Both the position numbers and the translations under genes were made by a program. A stretch of 32,000 nucleotides of DNA, from the NCBI GenBank assembly GCA_025839675.1, contig CP104013.1:4920001-4952000 (forward strand), read 5' to 3'. The DNA is from Candidatus Lokiarchaeum ossiferum (GTDB lineage: Archaea; Asgardarchaeota; Lokiarchaeia; Sigyniarchaeales; Promethearchaeaceae). The notes under the pieces were generated by a model, which worked only from the letters and a program-made list of their open reading frames with translations, was not told the origin of the DNA and ran no database searches. Positions 15,466 through 22,810 of the stretch are shown in pieces; within the stretch, counting starts at the first letter, position 1; each line of letters begins with the position of its first letter.

Positions 15466-16776
15466 ATGAGTGAAATAAGTTCTGAAAATATTTCCTCGGA
15501 TGTTCCCGAAGAGTTAAAAAGTCGAAGAATTCAGATTTTTTTCACCGTTTGGGTCACTTATATGATTTACTATATAGGAAGATCTAATATCAGTGTTGCT
15601 AAACCGTTTATGATGGAAGAATATGGGATTTCCACCACTATTTTTGGATCTATCGGCTCTGCCTTCTTTTATGCCTACGCATTTGGACAATTCTTCAATG
15701 GGTTTTTAGGAGATAAATTGGGTGCCCGAAGGATGGTTTCATTGGGTTTGGTGGTTTCTTCCATATTTAATATCTTAATTGGGGGATTTGGACAAAATGT
15801 ATGGTTATTTGGTATTTTCTGGGGGTTAAATGGATTTTTCCAAGCTATGGGATGGGCTCCTTCTGTTAAAACCATTGCAAATTGGTTTCCTCCAAAGGAA
15901 CGTGGAAAATGGTCGAGTCGGTTAGGAACGTCGTATATGATCGGTGGATCACTTGCATGGGTAATTGCTATCTTAATTTCAAATACATTTGGTTTGTCAT
16001 GGAGATTTGTGTTTATAATTCCCGCCATTCTTATGGCTATAATTGGTGTTTTTAACTATATCAATGTCCGTAATGCTCCTGAAGAAGCGGGATTTTCCAC
16101 AATTGAAGAAGAAAGTGAAGGGAATGTTAAAAAAGGTGAGTCCAAAACAGATGAATATTTAGGATTCAAGTATACTCTCAAGGCTATCTTTACAAATAAA
16201 ACCATATTATTTGCTGCATTTGGACTTTTTTGTTTAAATATGGTTCGCTATGGCATAACTGAGTGGCTTCCAACTCTAATTGCTTTTGAATCAACAGATC
16301 AATTGACAATCTGGAAAATTGTTGCTTTCCCTGTTGGTGGGGCAATTGGTGCCCTAACATGTGCTAAGATTTCTGATAAATATTTGAAACAAAGAAGAAT
16401 GCCGATAATTTCTGTATTATTTGGATTATTAGCTCTTTCCTTATTTATTTATAGCAAGATTCCTCAAGTTAATCTAATAATTGGAGTACCTTTATTAACA
16501 ATAATTGGATTTTTAACCTTTGGACCTCATGCTCTATTAGTTTCCACAATACCTATGGAATTTGGAACGCGTAAGGCTGCTTCATCTGCAACTGGCTTCA
16601 TTGATGGGTGGGGTTATGTCGGAGCTGCAATCTCTACACAGATTGTGGGTATTATTTTAGAATCTGAAGGGGGATTGCAAACAGCCTATCTATTTTGGAT
16701 TATCGCTGCATTAGCTGCTTGTGTGATCCTTATGTTTAACTGGAAAAGTGTACCGAAGAAAAAAGAATTTTTATAA
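15466..16776 (+). CDS. MFS transporter, organophosphate:phosphate antiporter family (GlpT/UhpT/UhpC-like)
   Basis: About 436 aa with about 12 hydrophobic segments. The family-typical N-terminus is RRIQIFFTVWVTYMIYYIGRSNISVAKPFM, followed by FFYAYAFGQFFNGFLGDKLGARRM. GGTGA lies 8 nt upstream of ATG 15466. The track start at 15451 overlaps the upstream stop. Confidence 0.85.
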   Translation: MSEISSENISSDVPEELKSRRIQIFFTVWVTYMIYYIGRSNISVAKPFMMEEYGISTTIFGSIGSAFFYAYAFGQFFNGFLGDKLGARRMVSLGLVVSSIFNILIGGFGQNVWLFGIFWGLNGFFQAMGWAPSVKTIANWFPPKERGKWSSRLGTSYMIGGSLAWVIAILISNTFGLSWRFVFIIPAILMAIIGVFNYINVRNAPEEAGFSTIEEESEGNVKKGESKTDEYLGFKYTLKAIFTNKTILFAAFGLFCLNMVRYGITEWLPTLIAFESTDQLTIWKIVAFPVGGAIGALTCAKISDKYLKQRRMPIISVLFGLLALSLFIYSKIPQVNLIIGVPLLTIIGFLTFGPHALLVSTIPMEFGTRKAASSATGFIDGWGYVGAAISTQIVGIILESEGGLQTAYLFWIIAALAACVILMFNWKSVPKKKEFL

Positions 16777-16809
16777 ACTTGCGATTCATCAATTGAATTG
16801 AAGTTAAGC

Positions 16810-16831
16810 GGGTTTCTTTCCCACTTTTTTT
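16810..16831 (+). terminator. Weak stem plus T7 tract after the MFS gene
   Basis: GGG-TTTCTTT-CCC is followed by AC and a T7 run (16825-16831), about 35 nt after the stop. Confidence 0.3.
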
Positions 16832-16872
16832 ATCATTTATCATTTTTATTAATTTGCTTGTTAAAGTAGTAA

Positions 16873-16902
16873 ATGAAATTATCTCTCTCAAAATCAAGAA
16901 TT
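16873..16902. repeat. Copy A of a perfect 30-bp direct repeat (ATGAAATTATCTCTCTCAAAATCAAGAATT)
   Basis: It is identical to 16953-16982. Copy A lies just 3' of, and overlaps by 2 nt, the stop codon of the Nudix gene. Confidence 0.95.
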
Positions 16903-17488
16903 AGTCTTGATGTTTTAACCCTTTGAAATAAAACCAGACATTGCTTTCAATTATGAAATTATCTCTCTCAAAATCAAGAATTTTTTTTTGAAAATCACTC
17001 TTTTCAACCCAGAATGGAATAATTTCTTCTGCCTCCTCGTGTTTTGTTAACCCAATGTTTTCTTCAATAATTTCAAGTTCCACGATAGAAGTCGTTTCGT
17101 CTGTTAAATAAGCACTAGTTGCCATGAAGGGATGAATTTCAATGATTTTTCCATCATAACCTGTTTCTTCTTTTAATTCGCGGATTGCTGCATCTGTGAT
17201 TGATTCACCCTCGTTTATTAATCCTTTTGGAAATTCGATTACCCATTTATTTAATGGGACTCGGAATTCTTTGAGAAGTAATATTTTTGTCATATTTATC
17301 GAATGACAAAGCAAAATGACGATTTTTTGGTTATTTTTCCGTGAAACATAATCCCATTTGAAGTGATCTCCATCCTTACTCAAGCAAGATGCTTGTTTAA
17401 GTGCTAACCACTCTGTACCATGTAATTGTTTGATATCCGTAATTTTCATACCATTTTCCTCAATATATATTTCTATTTTTTGTTCCAT
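16901..17488 (-). CDS. Nudix hydrolase, ADP-sugar pyrophosphatase-like (NUDT5/ADPRase type)
   Basis: 195 aa. The Nudix box is GLINEGESITDAAIRELKEETGY within EFPKGLINEG... The N-terminal beta-domain pattern is WLALKQASCLSKDGDHFKWDYVSRKN. The alternative start ATG 17449 has GAGGA 7 nt upstream and would remove the 16-nt overlap with the upstream gene. Confidence 0.85.
   Translation of the reverse strand: MEQKIEIYIEENGMKITDIKQLHGTEWLALKQASCLSKDGDHFKWDYVSRKNNQKIVILLCHSINMTKILLLKEFRVPLNKWVIEFPKGLINEGESITDAAIRELKEETGYDGKIIEIHPFMATSAYLTDETTSIVELEIIEENIGLTKHEEAEEIIPFWVEKSDFQKKILDFERDNFIIESNVWFYFKGLKHQD
16953..16982. repeat. Copy B of the perfect 30-bp direct repeat
   Basis: It is identical to 16873-16902. 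It lies inside the Nudix CDS and encodes ILDFERDNFI on the minus strand. The copy-to-copy offset is 80 bp. Confidence 0.95.
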
Positions 17489-18246
17489 TCATTTAGCCAA
17501 TTAATAGAGTGCTCAATAAACAGATCTAAATATTTACCATCAAAATTATGGCCGGTCCCTTCGATTTCCACTCGTTTTTTCTTAAGTTTTGCAGGCATGT
17601 GTTGAAAAGCTTCAATAATAACTTTTGGGTATATGGTTGTATCTTTATTTCCATGAATTATTAAAGAAGGAACTTCCATATTTTCCAAGTATTGATTTGG
17701 ATTTTTCATTTTTTCATCAGAAATAAATGTATAATCCATAAGAACTGGATGATTGTTTAAGGATTCTCTTTTTATTGGAGGGCGTTTAAAGATATAGGCC
17801 AATTTCAAAAGAAATTTGTGAAATTTAGGAATTAAACGAAATATATAGAAAGCGGGTGCCCAAAAAATATATGATACAATATCGGGAATTTGGGTCACCA
17901 AGGCGGTTAATCCTCCAAAACTTAGCCCCAGTATATTTATTTTAACATAACCTTTTTCTTTTAAATAATTGTAAATATCTTTCAAGTCTTGGGATTGTTT
18001 GGATAATGTAATAGGTTCTCGGATGTTCTTCCCCGAACCTGAAAAATCGAATGTTATGGCATCATATCCGTTTTGATTTAAAATGGTCGCCGTTTTCTCA
18101 AACCTTCCCCATTCTGTCTGATCCCCTGTAAATCCATGACAAAGAACTACAATCGGCGTTATTAAAGGATCTTTCTCTGTTGTATAAATTGTTGCGTGTA
18201 AAAACCCATCAATGGATCGAGAAACTTGAATTTTTTTTAACATCAA
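17473..18246 (-). CDS. Alpha/beta-fold hydrolase
   Basis: 257 aa. The oxyanion region is VVLCHGFTGD. The nucleophile elbow is GLSFGG (GxSxG). IIHGNKDT and GTGHNF supply the Asp/His candidates. Confidence 0.8.
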   Translation of the reverse strand: MMLKKIQVSRSIDGFLHATIYTTEKDPLITPIVVLCHGFTGDQTEWGRFEKTATILNQNGYDAITFDFSGSGKNIREPITLSKQSQDLKDIYNYLKEKGYVKINILGLSFGGLTALVTQIPDIVSYIFWAPAFYIFRLIPKFHKFLLKLAYIFKRPPIKRESLNNHPVLMDYTFISDEKMKNPNQYLENMEVPSLIIHGNKDTTIYPKVIIEAFQHMPAKLKKKRVEIEGTGHNFDGKYLDLFIEHSINWLNEWNKK

Positions 18247-18274
18247 TTTATATAAGTTATTTTAACTGAAAAAA

Positions 18275-19912
18275 TTATTCTTGGATATATTTACTACCTT
18301 TTTGAAGAGCTAATTCTGCTCGAGCAAGTTCTCTCCCCAAATAAGCTGCATGATCTAGCCTCGAAATTAAGTTTTGTTTGATCATTTCTTTGCATATTGC
18401 TTCTGCATTTACCCCAGAAAAAACATCAGTCCCTGTAATTTGGTTATTAAAAAGAATATGATGGCTAACAATGATTTTTTTTTCCAGTTCATCGAGATAG
18501 ATCTTAAAAAAACCGTTGGGATCCATTATTGCGTCTGTTTTAAGTGGAGGTATTTCGATGAAAGATTTCCGATTTTCCATGAATTCAGGATATAAGTCTT
18601 TGAATTTAAAACTAAATGCATCTACTCCAAGATTGATCGGAGGTTGATCTAATTTTTTAGCCAGAAAAGCTAATTTTTTACTTCGATTTATTTCTTCAAA
18701 AGAGTGGCGTGTTTTATTGGATGCTTCAGTGCTCAATATTGCTGCAATATTTAACTCTGCTCCCAATAATGATAGAAGTGTGTTTATTCCTGGAGAATCT
18801 CCATCGGTTAATTCCGTAACATTTCCAAATCCCATCATAATTTGAGATTGAGGGTGATTTTCTGGCAGGTTATTTCGATATTCAAAATTCTGTAATTTTT
18901 CATTCAAAATTTGTAAAACGTGAATTGATGAAGTTAATCCTGGTGAAATGGGTGATTGTGTTATTGGATCTAACAAAATCCGCTTAAATCCCGCCTGACG
19001 CAATTTTTCTTCAATGAAAAATAATCTATCAACTATTTCTTTGGAGTTAGTTAAAGAAATTGGATATTTACTTGAAAAAGGGATAATTACTAAAGTAATT
19101 TCTTTGGAGAAATCAAGCAATTTCTTATAGTTATCAATAGTAACACTGAGAACCAAATCAACACCTGCCTTAACTGCTGTAACTATTTCATCTGCATTAA
19201 GGCTATCAATGCTAATTGGTGTTTTTAATTGAGATTTAATTAATCTAATAATTTCCGGAATTCTTGCACTATGATTCTCATTTGCAATACAACCCAAATC
19301 TATTACATTTACACCTTGTTGAACGTAGTTTGATGCAATTTTTAATAAAATTTCATTCGTTTTTTTTGGGAAATCAACAATTTCACCAATAAGTAGGGGC
19401 GGTAAAAAAGAACTGACCAAAACAGTTGGAAATTGATCGGAAAGATTAAAATAATTTTTGCTATTTTCGGATATTAATGTTTCTCTGGAGTTACAGATGA
19501 GTTCTTCCATTTTGGTCTGTCCTTGATTTTCTAATTTGATGTTTGCTGGATATTTGGCTGAAAAATCTGAAATGTTTAGCTTTTTAAGTACTTCTGGAAA
19601 AGTGCCAAAAAATTTCGGACCTTTTTTTATTCTTCCCTGAAATGGCCCTTTAATTTCATCTAAATCCCATGGAATTAATCCTGATACTAAAATGAAGTGA
19701 AATTCTTCCTTCTTAAATTGATTTAAGTAATTTTCCAACTCTATTTTTGTGAGGAACGCAATGGTTCCAATTGGGATCTTGGCAATTTGGAATTGATATT
19801 TGGCCTGAAAGTGATCTAAATTTACATTTTTTATGTAATCAAAGGCATTTTCTCCAGTGATCAAAAGAATTTTTTGTGGATTTTCAGATTTTAGTCTCAT
19901 CGCGCTATTCAA
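18275..19912 (-). CDS. Dihydropteroate synthase-like (pterin-binding) protein with N-terminal and C-terminal extra domains (MJ0107-like family)
   Basis: 545 aa. The central TIM-barrel pterin-binding-like region contains QQGVNVIDLGC, ISIDS, LVLSV and GFGNVTEL. The C-terminal about 90 aa (DPNGFFKIYLD...LDHAAYLGRELARAELAL) resembles the domain found fused to archaeal DHPS-like proteins. Its stop-proximal neighbours are pterin and cofactor genes. Confidence 0.7.
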   Translation of the reverse strand: MNSAMRLKSENPQKILLITGENAFDYIKNVNLDHFQAKYQFQIAKIPIGTIAFLTKIELENYLNQFKKEEFHFILVSGLIPWDLDEIKGPFQGRIKKGPKFFGTFPEVLKKLNISDFSAKYPANIKLENQGQTKMEELICNSRETLISENSKNYFNLSDQFPTVLVSSFLPPLLIGEIVDFPKKTNEILLKIASNYVQQGVNVIDLGCIANENHSARIPEIIRLIKSQLKTPISIDSLNADEIVTAVKAGVDLVLSVTIDNYKKLLDFSKEITLVIIPFSSKYPISLTNSKEIVDRLFFIEEKLRQAGFKRILLDPITQSPISPGLTSSIHVLQILNEKLQNFEYRNNLPENHPQSQIMMGFGNVTELTDGDSPGINTLLSLLGAELNIAAILSTEASNKTRHSFEEINRSKKLAFLAKKLDQPPINLGVDAFSFKFKDLYPEFMENRKSFIEIPPLKTDAIMDPNGFFKIYLDELEKKIIVSHHILFNNQITGTDVFSGVNAEAICKEMIKQNLISRLDHAAYLGRELARAELALQKGSKYIQE

Positions 19913-20481
19913 GTCTCTTTTTTTTCCAAAATATAAGTCATTATTTCTTGTGGATTGGAGAAAACAAGAGTGTTTGGAAATTTTGTCAAAGAATTTGCAT
20001 TTTTACTATTAAATTCATCGATCGTAATTTCTATGGTGCCTCCTTGAGGGATTTCTGTTTGGATTTTCCCGTGGACTATGTCAGTTGGAACCAAAAGAAT
20101 TTTTCCCCTTCCCTTAATCATCTGAGAAAAAATATTGGTGATCAAAGAATCTGCAATTCCACATCGCATTTTTGCTACGGAATTCGAAGTCACAGGACTT
20201 ATCACAAGAAAATCATAGAATCCTAAATTAAATTTGGCACAAATTGGAAAACCTGGCTTTTGAGTCCGACCATAATAGATTTTTTTTACTTGATTTGGGT
20301 TCTCTTTTTGAATTTTATCTAACCGAGATTTCAAAGAATACATATTAATTACTATTTCTGCTGCTTGGGATATAAATAAATCAATATTTTCCCCATTTTG
20401 CACTAATTTTTCAATTATTCCAATACTATTCTTTAATTGATGCCCTGCACCTGTTATCCCCCACGCGATTTTCATCATCAT
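19909..20481 (-). CDS. afpA: Archaeoflavoprotein AfpA-like flavoprotein (dihydromethanopterin-reductase-related family)
   Basis: About 190 aa. Motifs are KIAWGITGAGHQL and VISPVTSNSVAKMRCGIADSLITNIF...LLVPTD, a PF02441-type flavoprotein pattern. Three consecutive ATGs (20481, 20478, 20475) follow GGGAG. The track uses TTG at 20490. The stop overlaps the start of the DHPS-like gene by 4 nt. Confidence 0.75.
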   Translation of the reverse strand: MMMKIAWGITGAGHQLKNSIGIIEKLVQNGENIDLFISQAAEIVINMYSLKSRLDKIQKENPNQVKKIYYGRTQKPGFPICAKFNLGFYDFLVISPVTSNSVAKMRCGIADSLITNIFSQMIKGRGKILLVPTDIVHGKIQTEIPQGGTIEITIDEFNSKNANSLTKFPNTLVFSNPQEIMTYILEKKET

Positions 20482-20499
20482 TACTCCCAAATTTCTATC

Positions 20500-21573
20500 C
20501 TAATTTTTCTCAATCTCAAGATCATAAAAAATGTTATCCCATACATGCCCAGTTGCTTTATCAATCAATAAATTTTTAACCACTTCTTTTGAAGGACCGT
20601 CATTTAACCCTTCTGCGATATAAGCTGCACCTTGGGCCGCTCTTTTTGCATTTTTTGCATTATTCTTCATAATACGCAAAGGTGCTAGCATGAAAAGTTT
20701 TCTTTCAAGAATATCCTGCAGATATGGTTCAGCAGCTAATTTTCCTGATAAAAGAATATAGGTTGGAGGGTTTTCAGGTGAAAATATGCTACGAATCGCG
20801 TGAACATGCTTAACTATATCTTCTATATATGCATTTAGTGCTTTTCTGGTAATGAATTTGGTTTTTGATTCACGCAGAAGATGTTCCATAGTGAATTTCG
20901 GATCATTAACAACAGACAATACCCCACCTTTTTGAATTGTTTCTTTAGTTACAATATTTAGGAGATATGCCAGCTCCCCATCTAAAGCACCTCCTGCTCG
21001 AAATCCAAATAAATTTGAACCTCCAATGGAATCTATAATTTTTCCTTTTTCAATAGCCATTATTGAATTAAATGCACTTCCTAATTCTACAAAAATGGCA
21101 TTTACTTCGCTGCATTTGATCTGGTTTCGAAGCATGATGTCTTTTATCCCAACTACAACCGTACACAATTTATCTGCTGTTCCCATATCGATTTTATTTA
21201 TTTTTCTATATGCAGGAATTGTCGGAAGATGTTTAATTCCAGGCAAAATTAAGGCATTCCAACTTTTTTTTTGCATTTTATAAAGCAAGTTTTGAAGTCC
21301 CATTACTTTTTTTGAAGATTTCTTCCTTAACGTGATTTCAAATATATCTTCGGGAGTTAGATCTTGAACTTTTTTTATTGGGATTCCAAATCCACTGGGG
21401 GCTGCCAAAAAATCAAATGGTTCAAATTTTGATATTTCCACTATGATTCTCTCTGGATTATCTATGATTTGGGCTGATGGGATACTTTTATCCGCAAAAA
21501 CCTCATTATTGTTTGTATCATATCCAAAAATATCCCATGAACTCGTTCCAGGATCTATTCCTATCACTTTCAC
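20500..21573 (-). CDS. ASKHA-fold ATPase-like protein of unknown function (DUF1464 / 'predicted butyrate kinase'-like)
   Basis: 357 aa. The N-terminal phosphate-1 motif is MKVIGIDPGTSSWDIFG. Later motifs are ELGSAFNSIMAI, GGSNLFGFRAGGALDGELAYL and AAQGAAYIAEGL. The family assignment is from memory of the motif pattern. Confidence 0.6.
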   Translation of the reverse strand: MKVIGIDPGTSSWDIFGYDTNNNEVFADKSIPSAQIIDNPERIIVEISKFEPFDFLAAPSGFGIPIKKVQDLTPEDIFEITLRKKSSKKVMGLQNLLYKMQKKSWNALILPGIKHLPTIPAYRKINKIDMGTADKLCTVVVGIKDIMLRNQIKCSEVNAIFVELGSAFNSIMAIEKGKIIDSIGGSNLFGFRAGGALDGELAYLLNIVTKETIQKGGVLSVVNDPKFTMEHLLRESKTKFITRKALNAYIEDIVKHVHAIRSIFSPENPPTYILLSGKLAAEPYLQDILERKLFMLAPLRIMKNNAKNAKRAAQGAAYIAEGLNDGPSKEVVKNLLIDKATGHVWDNIFYDLEIEKN

Positions 21574-21590
21574 ATTGAATCATTTAGATA

Positions 21591-22364
21591 ATGGATATGA
21601 AAAATAAAGACTTTTTTTATTTGGAATCCAAATACTTCATAGCTGGTAAAGATATGAATGAACCACAAGAAAATACGAATACTGTTCAATTTGAACCTCT
21701 AATAAATTATGAATCAATTATCTGTGTACGATTTCTTGATAATCCCCAAAAGATAAATGCTGCATGCATAGGTGTTCATTTTACTTCGAATAATGAAGTA
21801 TATATTCATGCATATTCTGATACTCACACCCGAGCGATTTTACAGCCTGGGGTAACGTTTGTTATTAATTTTTCAGAATGTTTTTATGAATTCGTCATAG
21901 CAGGATTAAAAACGAAAGGGATTGATGAACGTGTGGACGAACTACCCATTTCTGCTTATCGAGATGATTTTTCGGTTCCAGTATTAAAATCATCATGGTG
22001 TGCAGTAGAATGTGAGGTCATCCCTATGCCGTCGAAAATTTTATCTAAACCTGAATGTCGCAGAAGAGAAGCTCCAAATATTAGGGCTAAAATCAAATCT
22101 ATTCACACTTTTCACTACCCGCATATTTTCAATAATCGTTCTATGAATCTTGCTATAGAAGCATTAATTTATGCTACTCGAATCCCCCTTTATGAAAAAT
22201 ATTCAAAGGAATATAAGGAGAGCCTTACCTCCTACCTTACAATTAAGAAAAAAATTACGGAATGGCGTGATATGGATCGCTTTGAAGAATCCTTTACAGT
22301 GATTGATAATTTTCTGATCGATCGAAATGTTAAGGTACAAGAACTATTTGATTTCAGTCACTAA
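21591..22364 (+). CDS. DUF447-like protein (MfnF-family candidate, methanofuran biosynthesis)
   Basis: 257 aa. INAACIGVHF...IHAYSDTHTRAILQPGVTFVINFSE and NLAIEALIYATRI resemble the DUF447 pattern (N-A-A-P-x-G-V ... T..N ... E..I.A.R). The context is a cofactor island. The 3' end overlaps the convergent mptD-like gene by 11 nt. Confidence 0.5.
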   Translation: MDMKNKDFFYLESKYFIAGKDMNEPQENTNTVQFEPLINYESIICVRFLDNPQKINAACIGVHFTSNNEVYIHAYSDTHTRAILQPGVTFVINFSECFYEFVIAGLKTKGIDERVDELPISAYRDDFSVPVLKSSWCAVECEVIPMPSKILSKPECRRREAPNIRAKIKSIHTFHYPHIFNNRSMNLAIEALIYATRIPLYEKYSKEYKESLTSYLTIKKKITEWRDMDRFEESFTVIDNFLIDRNVKVQELFDFSH

Positions 22365-22773
22365 TTTTTTTAATGCTCTTCATATACATAAGAGGATAAT
22401 TTAATTGCTCAATCCATTCTAAATGTCCAACTATGGACCATTCTTTATAACTGAGTTCTACCTCCGCTATTAAATTTCTCCCAGAAATCACAGTATAATC
22501 ATATTCATGACTTTTTGAAAATTTTTCTTCTTCAAAATCATCTAAAGCTTTGAAAGCGATACGAACCTCTTTAACGAATGGTTGACATTTGATGGAAGCA
22601 ATAATCCCCTCTGCAATTTTGGTTTGAATTGTTTCATCACAACAAATTGGAGTTCCTGAAAACTGATGAAAAATTGCTGCAAGTTTGATCCCAGTCTCAA
22701 AAATAGCTTGGTCTCTGTTTGAAACCTCGGGTATTCTATAAGAATCTGCAATTTTTTCCATATAACTTAACAT
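22354..22773 (-). CDS. mptD: Archaeal-type dihydroneopterin aldolase (MptD-like)
   Basis: 139 aa. NRDQAIFETGIKLAAIFHQFSGTPI matches my recollection of the MptD family core (ER-x-IFE-x-GI-x-LGA-x-YHQF-x-GTP). It is adjacent to mptG. Confidence 0.55.
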   Translation of the reverse strand: MLSYMEKIADSYRIPEVSNRDQAIFETGIKLAAIFHQFSGTPICCDETIQTKIAEGIIASIKCQPFVKEVRIAFKALDDFEEEKFSKSHEYDYTVISGRNLIAEVELSYKEWSIVGHLEWIEQLNYPLMYMKSIKKISD

Positions 22774-22810
22774 AGTCCCTAAACCTAAAAAAGCATATTA
22801 AAATAATGTA

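Noticed and set aside
9795-16776. A complete fosfomycin or methylphosphonate biosynthetic cluster.
   Set aside because: - Only the Fom1/Fom2/FomC-equivalent steps are visible.
- No B12-radical-SAM methyltransferase, HppE epoxidase, FomD-like hydrolase, resistance kinases or MpnS/HEPD-type cupin is present in this window.
- The end product therefore cannot be named.
16873-16982. The 30-bp direct repeat with a 50-bp spacer, considered as a mini CRISPR array or att site.
   Set aside because: - There are only two copies.
- One copy is inside a CDS.
- No cas genes, leader, integrase or tRNA lie nearby.
- The spacer is too short to hold an element.
- I kept it as a duplication or footprint finding instead.
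16901-17488. The Nudix protein as the dihydroneopterin-triphosphate pyrophosphatase (NudB/FolQ-like) that would complement FolE.
   Set aside because: - Its domain layout and motifs look like ADP-sugar pyrophosphatases rather than the small NudB type.
- The idea is attractive in context, but the sequence does not support it.
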